DNA of 64,000 nucleotides from Squalus acanthias (taxonomy: Eukaryota), in the NCBI GenBank assembly GCA_030390025.1, contig CM059432.1, positions 49,664,001 to 49,728,000 of the forward strand, given 5' to 3'. Made by a program: the position numbers and the translations under genes. Shown one piece after another: positions 11,844-24,880 of this stretch (its first letter is position 1; every line of letters begins with the position of its first letter). Under the pieces are notes generated by a model. That model was not told where the DNA came from. It made no database searches and saw only the letters and a list, made by a program, of their open reading frames with translations.

Positions 11844-14214
11844 GGCCTTGATACTTACTCAGGTCCGTGAAGAGAGCGGGGGGAAGGATTTCTGGACGGA
11901 AAATCTGGAAATACGGGGAGTGGATGCCAAGTAAATAGGAGAGGGCGGTGTGGGTGGTGGGGGGGAGGGGTTGGAGGGTCGGAGGTCGCGGTGGGGGGAG
12001 TCGGAGATCAGGGGGGTGGGGGGAGTCAGAGATCGCGGTGGGGAGTTGGAGATGGGAGGTTGGTCGGAGATCACGGGGGGAGTCGGAGATCGTGGGATGG
12101 AGTTGGAGATGTGTGATGCGGGAGGTGTGGGGTGTCAGAGATCGGTGGGGTGGGGCAGTCGGAGGTCGGTGGTGGGGGGAGTTAGAGATTGGGGTTGGGG
12201 GTCGTCAGAGATCGGAGGGTGGGGGGAGTCAGGGATCGGTGCTGGGGGAGTCAGAGATCGGAGGGTGAGGGGAGTCGGAGATAGGAGGGTGGGGGGAGTC
12301 GGAAATAGGAGGGTGGGGGGAGTCGGAGATAGGACGGTGGGGGGAGTCAGAGATAGGAGGGTGGGGAAGTTGGAGATAAGTGGGTGGGGGAGTCGGAGAT
12401 AGGAGGGTGGGGAAGTTGGAGATAGGTGGGTGGGGGAGTTGGAGATAGGAGGGTGGGGGGAGTCGGAGATACGAGGGTGGGGGGAGTCAGAGATAGGAGG
12501 GTGGGGGAGTCGGAGATAGGAGGGTGGAGGGAGTCGGAGATTGGGGGCTGGGGAGTCAGAGATCGGGGGCTGGGGGGAGTCAGAGATTGGGGGCGGGGGG
12601 AGTCAGAGATCAGGGGCTGAGGGGAGTCAGAGATTGGGGGCTGGGGAATCAAAGATTGGGGGCTGGGGAATCAAAGATTGGGGGCTGGGGGAGTCAGAGA
12701 TTGGGCTGTGGGAGTCAGGGATCGGGGGCTGGGGGAGTCAGAGATTGGGGTGGGGAGTCAGAGATCGGGGTGGGGAGTCAGAGATCGGGGTGGGGAGTCA
12801 GATATAGGAGGGTGGGGGGAGTCAGATATAGGAGGGTGGGGGGAGTCGGAGATAGGAGGGTGGGGGGAGTCAGATATAGGAGGGTGGGGGGAGTCGGAGA
12901 TAGGAGGGTGGGGGGAGTCGGAGATAGGAGGGTGGGGGGAGTCGGAGATAGGAGGGTGAGGGGAGTCGGAGATAGGAGGGTGGGGGGAGTCGGAGATAGG
13001 AGGGTGGGGGGAGTTGGAGATAGGAGGGTGGGGGGAGTCGGAGATCAGGGGCTGGGGAGTCAGAGATTGGGCTGGGGGAGTCAGAGATCTGGGGCTGGGG
13101 GAGTCAGCGATTGGGGGCAGGGGGAGTCAGGTATCGGGGGCTGGGGAGTCAGAGATCGGGGGCTGGGAGGAGTCAGAGATTGGGGGCTGGGGGGGAGTCA
13201 GAGATCAGGGCCTGGGGGAGTCAGAGATTGGGGGCTGGGGGAGTCAGAGATCGGGGGCTGGGGGGAGTCAGAGAATGGGCTGGGGGGAGTCAGAGATTGG
13301 GGCGGGGGAGTCAGGGATCGGGGCTGGGGGGAGTCAGAGAATGGGCTGGGGGGAGTCAGAGATCGGGGTGGGGGAGTCAGAGATCGGGGGCTGGGGGAGT
13401 CAGAGATCGGGGGCTGGGGGAGTCAGAGAATGGGCTGGGGGGAGTCAGAGATTGGGGGCGGGGGGAGTCAGGGATCGGGGCTGGGGGGAGTCAGAGAATG
13501 GGCTGGGGGGAGTCAGAGATCGGGGTGGGGGGAGTCAGAGATCGGGGGCTGGGGGAGTCAGAGATCGGGGTGGGGGAGTCAGAGATTGGGGGCGGGCGGA
13601 GTCAGGCATCGGGGGCTGGGGGAGTCAGAGATTGGGGTGGGGGAGTCAGAGATCGGGGTGGGGGAGTCAGAGATTGGGGCGGGGGGAGTCAGGGATCGGG
13701 GACTGGGGGAGTCAGAGATTGGGGTGGGGGAGTCAGAGATCGGGGGCTGGGGGGTCAGAGATTGGGGTGGGTGGAGTTGAAGATCATGGTGGGTGTTGGG
13801 GGGGTGTCGACCGTCTGCGCGGTGTGTAAAGAGGTGTGCTTGTTGGGCCTGGGGGAAACTCTCCCACTCCTTCTGGCCCACAAGCAGTGCTGTAAATGTA
13901 CTTACCTCATGGATCGGCCCTTCTCACCTCCTTTTACCTGCTGGGACACCAAAGCCTTGGGAAACCCGGCCTCCATGGGTTAAACATTAAAATCCTGTTA
14001 AAATGGAGGCACTCAGCCACCTTAAAAGATTTTAGTAACTGACTCGGCTCTTGAGAGCAGATTGATCTCTCGCCACCGCCCCACCCCCACCCCCCACGAC
14101 CCGCCTCCATTAAAACCGGAAACCGGGTGGGTTGAGGTCGGGTTTGAGATTTTTAAACTTTTTGCCTCCCACGCATCCCTAACCCACCCATCCTTGGGGG
14201 TTAAAACTCCTCCC
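11844..14214. mobile_element. Non-autonomous Harbinger-type element carrying an expanded minisatellite
   Basis: Flanks are homologous to 48511-49080 plus 58748-58959, and in inverted orientation to 39079-41580. Termini GGCCTTGATACTTAC and GTTAAAACTCCTCCC. Confidence 0.7.
11940..13790 (+). repeat. G-rich minisatellite, 21-24-bp units (GGGGGAGTCRGAGAT core)
   Basis: Dozens of tandem units, with sub-arrays of gggagtcggagataggagggtggg and ggggctgggggagtcagagaty. Confidence 0.95.
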
Positions 14215-15011
14215 AGAATAGTTCAGAATTTTTATTTCTATTTTCCATTTTGAAAATGTCAATTATTAAGTAGAAATTGAATAAAATACTTAACCACGAC
14301 ATGCTTTACAGTTGGGCGGTAATGTCTCGGCACTTATACTGAATCAGGCAATTGAGACAGGCAGGTCTATTGAAAAGCATGACTTCGGAGCAATCATTTT
14401 TATTCAGCCAAACAAAAATCTTGAAGAAACTGAAGCTACCGTCTGTATTTTTCTGATTTACAAATTCAGGCTGGAAATAGCGAGGTGCAAGCTATCCACG
14501 TATGGGTGTATTCAATCGTGTAGTATTTTCAGTCAAGTATGAAAGGATACTAAGGGAATGGGGTTGTCCACTGGCATTATCACAGTTTCAGTATTCTTTG
14601 AATAAATTTAAATTTGATTATGTTATAGTTGATATTTTAGCACAAAAGATCCTAGGTTACTTCTGGAAGTGTTAAATACAGCTATGTATAGAAATCACAG
14701 ACTGAAATAAGTTTATTAGTGAAGTAGTGAAAGTATAAAAGGTCTTAAATGAATATAATTTTTTGAGGGTGAGAATCCCTCCTTTGAAGGTAATTTATTT
14801 TTCTTTGCCTTTCTTGGTCTCCCTGTATCATGCACCATCTGTAATCAAGAGGTTGTATAGCCAAGCAAGCTACTCCCAAGCCTCCAGCAATACAAATCTG
14901 AAACTAGCCTCTCGGAAGCAGGCCAAGGTGCTCCATGGCTGGCTCTTTCTCTGATCTTTTCTTCTGCCCTGTAGAGAAGCTCCTGACCTCTGCTCAGCAC
15001 CCCATCTATAG

Positions 15012-15262
15012 CATATGAACATACGAACATACAAACAATGACAGACAGTAAAAGAGCTTCTGGTCCATCCAGCCTGTTCCACACAACTGCAATTTTTTGT
15101 GCATCACAATACAATCCTCCCCCCCCCCCCTCAGCCCACCCAAAAGCCATGTAATCTCCTGGGAGAGGCGAAGAATCAGATAAAAACCCAGGCCAATTAG
15201 GGAAATACAAAATCTGGAAAATTCCTCTCCGGCCCTTATAGGCGCTCGAAACTAGTCCAGGA
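15012..15262 (-). mobile_element. Probable CR1 3'-UTR fragment
   Basis: An 8-mer tail (catatgaa/catacgaa/catacaaa) next to a CR1-like terminal stem-loop region. Confidence 0.5.
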
Positions 15263-15459
15263 AAACTGAGCGCATGATCTCACTTTATGGAGATCTCTGG
15301 CCTAACTCAAACACCACAGCTCTGTGGCATCGTATTTTGGAGTTCCAACATTATGAGGTAATGTTGAAAAGAAAGCATAAAATAGCAAAACTTGGTACAG
15401 TTTAATTGCTTAACAATACAATTGCTTAATATCACAATGTGAGTTTAAGGTACATACAA

Positions 15460-15850
15460 GAATTTGAACTTATCATCTAGATAGACACTCCAGTGCAACA
15501 CTGAAGGAATGTTGCATTGTTAGAGGGGCTGCCCTTCAGTTGAAACATTAGACCAAGGCCCTGTTTGTTTGTTCTGGTGGCTGAAGTAGACGTTAAAGAT
15601 CTCATGGCATTAGTCAAAGAAGAGTAGGGAGCTCTGCCAGTGTCCTGGTCAACATGCCTACCTCAACCAAATATCTTCAAAAATAGATCAATTGGGTCAT
15701 TCATCACATTGACGATTTGTAGGATGTTGTTGGCACAAAATAGCTGTTGTATTTGCCTACGTAAATCCGGTCATTGCATTTCAAAAAGTTATTTATTCTT
15801 TGAAGCTTAAGAAGTTTCACTACGATATAGTATTATATCTAAATGTAAGT
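15460..15850 (+). mobile_element. Degenerate Deu-domain SINE (SacSINE1/AmnSINE1-like)
   Basis: gacgttaaagatctcatggcattagtcaaagaagagtagggagctctgccagtgtcctggtcaacat resembles the Deu core as I recall it, with an L2-like 3' end. Confidence 0.65.
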
Positions 15851-16539
15851 ATTATGCTACATACCACAAAATTTATAAGTTTTCTCCACCAATCTGGTGC
15901 AATAGAAATGGATAAAAATAATAGTCACGTATCACTTTAGATCACAGTTTATCTTGTCCTGATGATCTGATTTTATAGCTCTTCACTGTGATTCATCATA
16001 GCATAATGGATATCTGGATGTGATTTCAAGGAGGCAATCTAACAGAGGCACTCCAATCACAGCATAACCCACAAGAGAAAAGCTGAAATGGCTTATAGCC
16101 TCACCTGAATCCAGTGTGGCCATATCATGATCATATGTTTCCTGCATACCGCACTTTCTTTTCCATATGATTGAAATGTTTTTTTTCTGTAAGTGTTACA
16201 GAACACAGACGCAAGTACAAACATGTATGTACACAGGAAAAATATCATTCCAGAGTTATGATAACATCTGTAGTTCTGAATTTGCGCTCCCTTGAGTCTG
16301 TGGTGCAGAAGGAAGGCATATTGGGATTTTGATCCCTGCACTGGTTCTGCATCAGTACTGAAATCGATGCTGGGTCTATACCAGGGGAAAAAGAAGCTTA
16401 CACTGCTCCATGACATGGACCTCATGGGTCTCACATGTCTTTTGAGGCAGTCTAGGGGCGTGTCCGCGATGCCCTGGAAATTGGTCCCTTCAGTGCACAG
16501 GTAGCACATACTGCACTACACAAAGTCACCTGCACCTGC

Positions 16540-16775
16540 ACCAAGAAAGTTCCACTCCCCCATCAACCTATCCTCATTGACCAACATTGGCTCCTGATCC
16601 CTCAGTGCCTCAAATTTAAAATTCTTTTCCCTGTGTTTAAAACCTTACAAGCCTCGTCCTTCCTCTCTCTGTAAACTCCTCCAGCCATAAAAGCTCCTCG
16701 CTCCCCCACCACACCCCCCTCCCCCTCCGCACCCCTGAATTCTTCATTCCTCTGAATCTGGCTTCTTGAGCATCC
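16540..16775 (+). mobile_element. L2 LINE C-terminal fragment
   Basis: Degenerate translation PILIDQHWLLIPQCLKFKILFPVFK resembles the L2 ORF2 motif P.L..LHWLP...RI.FKIL. Confidence 0.6.
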
Positions 16776-17456
16776 CTAATTGCCCTTGAGAAGGTGGTGG
16801 TGAGCCGCCTTCTTGAACCGCTGCAGTCCGTGTGGTGATGGTACTCCCACAGTGCTGTTCGGGAGGGAGTTCCAGGATTTTGACCCAGCGACGATGAAGG
16901 ATCGGCAATATATTTCCAAGTCAGGATGGTGTGTGACTTGGAGGGGAACTTGGAGGTTGTGGTGTTCCCATGCGCCTGCTGCCCTTGTCCTTCTAGGGGG
17001 TAGAGGTCGCAGGTTTGGGAGCTACTGTCAAAGAAGCCTTGGCGAGGTACTGCAGTGCATCTTGTAGATGGTACACACTGCAGCCACGGTACGCCGGTGG
17101 TGGAGGCAGTGAATGTTTAAGGTGGTGGATGGGGTGCCAATCAAGCGGGCTGCTTTGTCCTGGATGGTGTCGAGCTTCTTGAGTGTTGTTGGAGCTGCAC
17201 TCATCCAGGCAAGTGGAGACTATTCCATCACACTCCTGACTTGTGCCTTGTAGATGGTGGAAAGGCTTTGGGGAGTCAGGAGGTGAGTCACTCGCTGCAG
17301 AATACCCAGCCTCTGACCTGCCCTTGTTGCCACACTATTTATGTGGCTGGTCCAGTTAGGTTTCTGGTCAATGGTGACCCCCAGGATGTTGATGGTGGGG
17401 GATTCGGCGATGGTAATGCCATTGAATGTCAAAGGGTGGTGGTTAGACACTCTCTT

Positions 17457-17880
17457 TTTTTAATTTATTCGTTCATGGGATGTGGGCATCGCTGGCAAGG
17501 CCAGCATTTATTGCCCATCCCTAATTGCCCTTGAGAAGGTGGTGGAGAGCCGCCTTCTTGAACCGCTGCAGTCCTTGTGGTGAAGGTACTCCCAAAGTGC
17601 TGACTTTGTCGTAGCGGTTGTGTACAACTGAATGGCTTGCTAGGCCATTTCAGAAGGCAGTTAAGAGCCAACCACATTGCTGTGGGTCTGGATATAGGAA
17701 GATTTCCTTCCCTAAAGGACATTAGTGAACCAGTTGGGTTTTTCCGACAATCCGGTAGTTTCATGGTCACCATTACTGATACTAGCTTTTTAATTCTAAA
17801 TTTATTTAATTAACTGAATTTAAATTCCCTCAGCTGCCGTGATGGGAATTGAACTCACATCTCTGGATTATTAGTCCAGG
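17457..17880 (-). mobile_element. SINE derived from the tRNA-headed LINE (5'-truncated)
   Basis: Head and body are homologous to 30960-31230, fused to the LINE 3' tail with an A-rich end. TSD tctctt at 17451 and 17881. Confidence 0.88.
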
Positions 17881-18207
17881 TCTCTTGTTGGAGATGGTCA
17901 TTGCCTGTCACTTGTGTGGCGCAAATGTTACTTGCCACTTATCAGCCCAAGCCTGAATGTCGTCCAGGCATTTCTGCATGCCGGCATGGAATGCTTCATT
18001 ATCTGAGGAGCTGCAAATGGAACTGAACACTGTGCAATCATCAGTGAAAATCCCGACTTCTGACCTTAGGATGGAGGGAAGGTCATTGATGAAGCAGCTG
18101 AAGATGGTTGGGCCTAGAACACTGCCCTGAGGAACTCCTGCAGCAATGTCCTAGTGCTGAGATGATTGGCCTCCAACAACCACAACCATCTTCCTTTGTG
18201 CTAGGTA

Positions 18208-19092
18208 TAAGAACATAAGAAATAGGAGCAGGAGTAAGCCATTAGGTCCTTCGAGCCTGCTCCGCCATTCAATAAGATCATGGCTGATCTTCTTACTCAT
18301 CTCCACTTTCCTGCACTATCCCCATATCCCTTGATTCCCTTAATATTCAAAAATCTATCGATTCCTGTCTTGAATATACTCAACGACTGAGCCTCCACAG
18401 CTCTCTGGGGTAGAGAATTCCAAAGATTCACCACCCTCTGAGTGAAGAAATTTCTCCTCATCTCAGTCCTAAATGGCCGACCCCTTATTCTGAGACTGTG
18501 ACCCTGGTTCTAGACTCCCCAGCCAGAGGAAACATCCTCCCTGCATCTACCCTGTCAAGCCCTGTAAACATTTTGTATGTTTCAATGAGATCACCTCTCA
18601 TTCTTCTAAACTCTAGAGAATATAGGCCTAGTCTACTCAATCTGACCTCAAAGGACAAAGCCCCCATCCCAGGAAGCAGTCTGGTGAACCTTCGTTGGAC
18701 TCCCTCTGTGGCAAGTATATCCTTCCTTAGGTAAGGAGACCAAAACTGTACACAATACTCCAGGTGTGGTCTCACCAGGGCCCGCTATAATTGCAGTAAG
18801 ATGTCTTTACTCTTATACTCAAATCCTCTTGTAATAAAGGCCAACATACCATTTGCTTTCCTAATTGCTTGCTGTACCTGCATGTTAACTTGCAGTGATT
18901 TGTGTACAAGGACACCCAGGTCCTTCTGAACACCAACATTTCCCAATCTCTCACCATTTAAAAAATACTCTGCTTTTCTATTTATCCTACCAAAGTGGAT
19001 AACTTCACATTTCTCCACATTATATTCCATTTGCCATGTTCTTGCCCACTCACTTAGCCTGTCTGTATCCCCTTGAAGCCTCCTTGCATCCT
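18208..19092 (-). mobile_element. CR1 3' fragment inserted in the tRNA-headed LINE
   Basis: MEYNVEKCEVIHFG...[13 protein letters not shown], with the tail aagaacataagaaatagg at 18209. Confidence 0.93.
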
Positions 19093-22000
19093 AACTCTAG
19101 CCAGTGAAGAGTTTTCCCCCGATTCCCATTGACTTCAATTTTGCGGGGGCTCCTTGATCTCACACTCGGTCAAATGCGGCCTTGATGTCAAGAGCAGTCA
19201 CTCTCACCTCACCTCTGGAATTCAGCTCCTTTGTCCATGTTTGGACCAAGGCTGTAATGAGGTCTGGAGCCGAGTGGTCCTGGCGGAACCCAAAATGAGC
19301 ATAAGTGAACAGGTTATTGGTGATTAAATGCCGCTTGATGGCACTGTCGACGACAGCTTCCATCACTTTGCTGATGATTGAGAGTAGACTGATGGGGCGG
19401 TAATTGGCCGGATTGGATTTGTCCTGCTTTTTGTGAACAGGACATACCTGGGCAGTTTTCCACATTGTCGGATAGATGCCAGTGTTGTAGCTGTACTGGA
19501 ACAGCTTGGCTAGAGGTGTGGCTAGTTCTGGAGCACAAATCTTCAGCACGACAGTCAGGATGTTGTCGGGGCCCATAGCCTTTGACGTATCCAGCACACA
19601 CAGCCATTTCTTGATATCACCCGGAATGTATTGATTTGGCTGAAGACTGGCTTCTGTGCTGGTGGGGACCGCAGGAGGAGGCTGAGATGGATCATCCACT
19701 CGGCACTTCTGGCTGAAGATGGTTGCGAACGCTTCAGCCTTGGCTTTTGTTTGCACTCACGTGCTGGGCTCCGCTGTCATTGAGGATGGAGATGGTCATG
19801 GAGCCTCCTCCTCCTGTTAGTTGTTTAACTGTCCACCACCATTCATGGCTGGATGTGGCAGGACTGCAGAGCTTAGATCTGATCCGTTGTTTGTGGGATC
19901 ACTTAGCTCTGTCAATAGCATGCTGTTTCCGCTGTTTAGCATGTATGTAGTCCTGTGTTGTAGCTTCACCAGGTTGGCACTTCATTTTTAGGTACGCCAG
20001 GTGCTGCTGCCGACATGCTCTTTGATACTCCTCATTGAACCAGGGTTGGTCCCCTGGCTTGATGGTAATGGTAGAATGACAGATATGCCGGGCCATGAGG
20101 TTACAGATTGTGGTGGAATACAATTCTGCTGCTGCTGATGTCCCACAGCGCCTCATGGATGCACAGTTTTGAACTGCTAGATCTGTTCTGATTTGTTCCC
20201 ATTTAGCACGGTGGTAGTGCCACACAACACAATGGACTTCGTCTCCACTAGGACTGTGTGGTGGTCACTCCTACCAATACTATTGTGGACAGTTGTATCT
20301 GCGCCAGGTGGATTGGTGAGAATGAGCTCAAGTAGGCTTTTCCCTCATGTTGGTTCTCTCACCACCTGTCGCAGGCCCAGTCTGCCAGCTATGTCCTTCA
20401 GGACTCAGCCAGCTCGGTCAGTCGTGGTGCTAGTGAGTCACTCTTGGTGATGGACATTGAAGTCCCCCACCCAGAGTGCATTCTGTGCCCTTGCTACTCT
20501 CAGTGCTGCTTCCAAGTGGTGTTCAACATGGAGGAGTACTGTTTGATAGTTGAGGGATGGCGGTAGGTGGTAATCAGCAGGAGGTTTCCTTGTCCATGTT
20601 TGACCTGATGCTATGAGACTTCATGGGGTCCGGAGTCAATGTTGAGGACTCCCGGGGCCACTGTATACCACTGTGCCACCACCCCTGGTGGGTTTGTCCT
20701 GCCAGTGGGACAGGACATACCCAGGGATGGTGATGGAGGAGTCTGGGATGTTGGCTGAAAGATATGATTCTTACAGGCTGTTGCATGACTAGTCTGTGGG
20801 ACAGCTCTCCCAATTTTGGCACAAGTCCCCGAATGTTAGTGAGGAGGACTTTGCAGGGTCGACTGGGATGGGTGTGCCTTTGTCGTGTCGGTGCCTAGTT
20901 CGATGATGGGTGGTTCATCCGGTTTTTTTTTGTATACTTCTTTGTAGCAGTTTGGTACAACTGAGTGGCTTGCTAGACCATTTCAGAGAACAGTGCTGTG
21001 GGTCTGGATTCACTTATAGGCCAGACCAGGTAAGGACAGCAGATTTCCTTCCCTAATGTCTCTGGATCATTAGCTCAGGCCTCTAAATTACTAGTCCAGT
21101 AACATAATCACTATGCTACTGTACCCACATACAACTAATGACACTATAGAAGTATAAAATATAAAATGGAAAATGGTGAATATAAACTAAGTACTGCAAC
21201 CAACTGGTTAATTTAAAGGAGCAGTATGCTTTTTAAAATCATCAGCATGTATTGTATTCTCTCCTTCTACCTTCCTCAGCTTGAACCCCTCCATCACGAG
21301 CCCACCATATATGTCACAATTTTATGGCAGCCTGTGAAATGGGGTCAAGATGTAAGTGGACAGAAACATCTGCCTGTTATCAGCTCAACCTCCTCACACA
21401 TAAAATGTCAGCCTTGGAGAAATGAGAGGAAAATATTTCCTCATAATCTAGGCTAACACATCAATCTGAAGGAGTACTACATTTTTAGACCAGTTTTAGG
21501 TCCTGTGTGAGTGGTTCAGGTGGACACCCAACGGCAGTATTCAATGTATGCCCCTGAGGTCCTCCAGGGTCCACTGAGCCAAAGAAATAGATGTTTCCAG
21601 CTCTGAAGGGAGCCATGTTTCCTCTTCAGAAAGATCATTTATCCCCTCTGGGATAGATTAACTTTCCCTACTAAAGATTTGAGGTCTTTCAAAAGACCTC
21701 AGTAGAACTCACGACTGCTGTGATCTTTTTGAGGCACACTGGGCAGAATTCCCAGGGTAGCCAGAGAAAAAAAACCCTACCCTCCCCAAACACAAGTTCA
21801 AAGCTATGAGGATTCAGGGCTAAACTTGAGAATGGATACAAAATCAGCGATAAGGTAAAAACAAACATTGGATACTAGTTATAGGAGTATGGTCAGGGTG
21901 GGTACTGAATGAGATGCCCCAGGGCTCAGTGATGGGACCATTATTGTTTCCAGTTTACATTCATGACTTCAATTTAGACACTCAATGCAAATTGGTCAAA

Positions 22001-22499
22001 TTTGCAGACTGTACCAAACCACAAGGGGCAGTGGTAATGAAGGAAGAAGGCTGAGAATTAGAGAACGACTCAAATAAGTTATGTGGCAGATGAAACTTAA
22101 TGCAGACAAGTGTAAAGTACTGAACATGGGAAGAAAAAATACTCCATGAATGGTGCTGAAATAGCTACGAATGAGGTTGAAAAAGACCTTGGAGTCTTAG
22201 TAAGCACTATGTCCAACCAATGCAGAGCAGCAATAAACAAAGCCAATAAAATGTTAATCTTCATAGTCAAAACAGTAGAGTGCAATGAAATTAAACTGTA
22301 CAGTGCTCTCTCAGACCATAGCTTGAGTACTGTGTCCAGTTCTGATCACCAAGGAACAAGGGAGACATTCAAGTGTTGTAAGCAGTGCAGAGAAGAGCCA
22401 CCAGGTTGATCGCTGGTCTCAGGGGTCTCAGCTATGAGGAAAAACTCAAGAGACTTGAGCTTTTCATTCTGGAAAGGAGACATCTGAAAGGTGATCTTG

Positions 22500-23050
22500 C
22501 AGATTAAACGACTTGACTATTTCCACTTGCACTGTCTACGACATATCGCTGGCTTCAAGTGGCAGAACAGGGTGCATAACACTGAGGCCCTCAAGTGCTG
22601 CAGTGCAACTGGAAAGGAGGCTATGAATAAAAAGGTCCAGCTGCGTTGGTCTGGACACGTCATTCTCATGCCCAATTGTAGAAGTCCCCAAGTCGTTTTC
22701 TAAGGCGATCTTCAATCAAAACAGCGGTGGGCAGATGCAATGTTATAAAGGCACGCTAACGGCCACCTTGAAAACTTGCAATATTAACCCCAACACCTGG
22801 GAAGACACAGCCACCAACAGACCACAATTGCAGACTGTCTACTGGGTTGGTTTGAATGAATTTGAGGCTGCAAGGTTGCACAATCTGGCATCCAAGTGCC
22901 TGGCACACAAGGCTACTCATCTATTCGCTTCATCCGGCTTTCAATACAATATTTGTAGCCATATATGTGCATCCAGGATCAGGCTCTTTCCCCATCAGCG
23001 CACTGGAACACCTGAGATTCATCCATCGATTCGACAGGAGACTCCATCAT
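22500..23050 (+). mobile_element. RTE-clade LINE 3' fragment
   Basis: FHLHCLRHI..KWQNRV.NTE.L, QLRWSGHV..MP and a degenerate C-terminal C..RI.L..H.R finger. Confidence 0.85.
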
Positions 23051-23237
23051 TATAGAGGTATACAAGACAGTAAGTAGTATGGAAAAAGTTAAGCTGAATA
23101 CTACTTTAAATTAAATGGGACTAGAAAAAGCGGACACAGGCGCAAAGTGGTAAATAATAATTTTAGGACTGATATCGGGAACTTCTTCATGCTAAGAGCA
23201 CTTGGAACTGACTTTCAGACAGAGTGGTAGAGGCAAA

Positions 23238-23895
23238 AGACATACTTGCTCTCGAGTCAGTACAAAGAAGGTTCACTCGGTTAATCCCGGGGATGAGGGG
23301 ATGGATATATGAGAAGAGGTTGGGTAGATTGGGACTCTACTCATTGGAGTTCAGAAGAATGAGAGGCGATCTTATTGAAACATATAAGATTGTGAAGGGG
23401 TTGGATCGGGTGGATGTGGGGAGGATGTTCCCGATGATGGGTGAAACTAGAACTAGGGGGCATAGTCTTAGAATAAGGGGCTGCTCTTTCAAAACTGAGA
23501 TGAGAAGGAACTACTTCACTCAGAGGGTGGTAGGTCCATGGAATATGCTGCCCCAAAAAGCTGTAGAAGCTACATCATTACATAAATTTAAAACAGAAAT
23601 AGACAGTTTCCTAGAAGTAAAGGGAATTAAGGGTTACGGGGAGTGGGCAGGAATTTGGACATGAGTCTAGGTTCGGATCGGTCATGGCCCTGTGGGTAGC
23701 GTAGCGGGCCCAGGGGCCGTGTAGCCTGATCCTGCTCCTATTTCGTGTGTCCAATTCTGTTAGGTTCAGGAGATGGTTCTGTGATAGTAGATTGGCGGTT
23801 AGGATCAGATCAGCCATGATCTTATTGAATGGCGGAGCAGGCTCGAGGGGCCAATTGGCCTACTCCTGCTCCTATTTCTTATGTTCTTATGTTCT
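23238..23895 (+). mobile_element. Young CR1 3' fragment, same subfamily as 1617-4560
   Basis: Nearly identical to the reverse complement of 1617-2270. caaaa occurs on both flanks. Confidence 0.95.
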
Positions 23896-24309
23896 CAAAA
23901 ACCCTGGAATCATTTTACAAATATTAGATACAGCAGTGTAGAGTCATTTTGAATGGATGAATTATGATGGCCTGAATGTCTTTTCTCATCTGACGTATTT
24001 TGTGATCTTATGACATGCTCCCTTAACATGGTAAGGGTAGGCAAAAGATCGGCTCAGGGATTCCCCCTGCTGGAAAATGGCCACATACAAAATACGGTGT
24101 GGTCAATTTCTGGCTGCCACCGGCCGACCTGTCACTCTCTGTCATTGGTCTGGGCTGGAATTTTGGCCCCACAGGTGCCTTTAAATGGAAAGTTTCAACT
24201 CCCACTGTTAACGTACTTCTCATTGTCCACAAATTCCACCTCAAAATATTGTTTTAAAAATTAAACCAAATATATTTAAAAATCTGTTCCCAATGAACCT
24301 TTTCATATT

Positions 24310-24880
24310 TACATAGAGTTTACAGCACAGAAACAGGCCATTTGGTCCAACTGGTCTATGCTGGCGCATATGCTCCACACGAGCCTCCTCCCACCCCTCT
24401 TCATCTAACCCTATCAGCATATCCTTCTATTCCTTTCTTCCTCATGTGCTTATCTAGCTTTCCCTTAAATGCATCTATGCTATTCACCTTAACTACTCCT
24501 TGTGGTAGTGAGTTCCACATTCTAACCACACTCTGGGTAAAGAAGTTTCTCCTGAATTCCCTATTGGATTTATTAGTGACTATCTTATATTTATAGTCCC
24601 TAGTTTTGGTTTCCCTCACAAGTGGAAACGTTTTTTCTATGACTGCCCTATGAAACGCCTTCATAATTTTAAAGACCTCTATTAGGTCACCCCTCAGTCT
24701 TCTGTTTGCGAGTGAAAAGAGCCCCAGCCTATTCTGCCTTCCTGATAAGTATAATCTCTCAATTCTGGTATCGTCCTTGTAAATCTTTATTGCACCTTCT
24801 CCAGTGCCCTTGTATCATTTTTATAATATGGAGACCAGAACTGTGCACAGTACTCTGTGTGTTCTAACCAAGATCCTGTA
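24310..24880 (-). mobile_element. CR1 3' fragment
   Basis: RRNFFTQSVVRMWNSLP...FKGKLD followed by a CR1-like 3' end. Confidence 0.88.

Larger units (their letters stand above)
16771..21126 (-). mobile_element. tRNA-headed single-ORF LINE (CR1/L2 group), near full length, decayed (copy 1)
   Basis: 5' GGGTACAGTAGCATAGTG head, then LLTNIRGLVPKLGEL (APE start), NPANYRPISLL and DIKAAFDRV (RT), and a 3' end caagggcaattagggatg. Interrupted by a SINE and a CR1. Confidence 0.88.
21880..24010 (+). mobile_element. Old CR1 (RT to 3' end) interrupted by an RTE and a young CR1
   Basis: PQGSVMGPLLF and KFADCTK remnants. GDL|IEVYK is split by the RTE. Ends in tgtgatct. Confidence 0.75.

Noticed and set aside
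11940..13790. Repeat array as a CRISPR
   Set aside because: No unique spacers, no cas genes, and a vertebrate-type context.
11948..13983. Long Gly/Trp/Arg-rich ORFs (up to 418 aa) in several frames
   Set aside because: Artefacts of a stop-poor G-rich minisatellite. They are open in multiple frames and on both strands.
16093..16509. 138-aa minus-strand ORF and overlapping plus-strand ORF as a host exon
   Set aside because: No recognisable domain, no convincing splice-site pair and no partner exons. A BLASTX or RNA-seq check would be needed.
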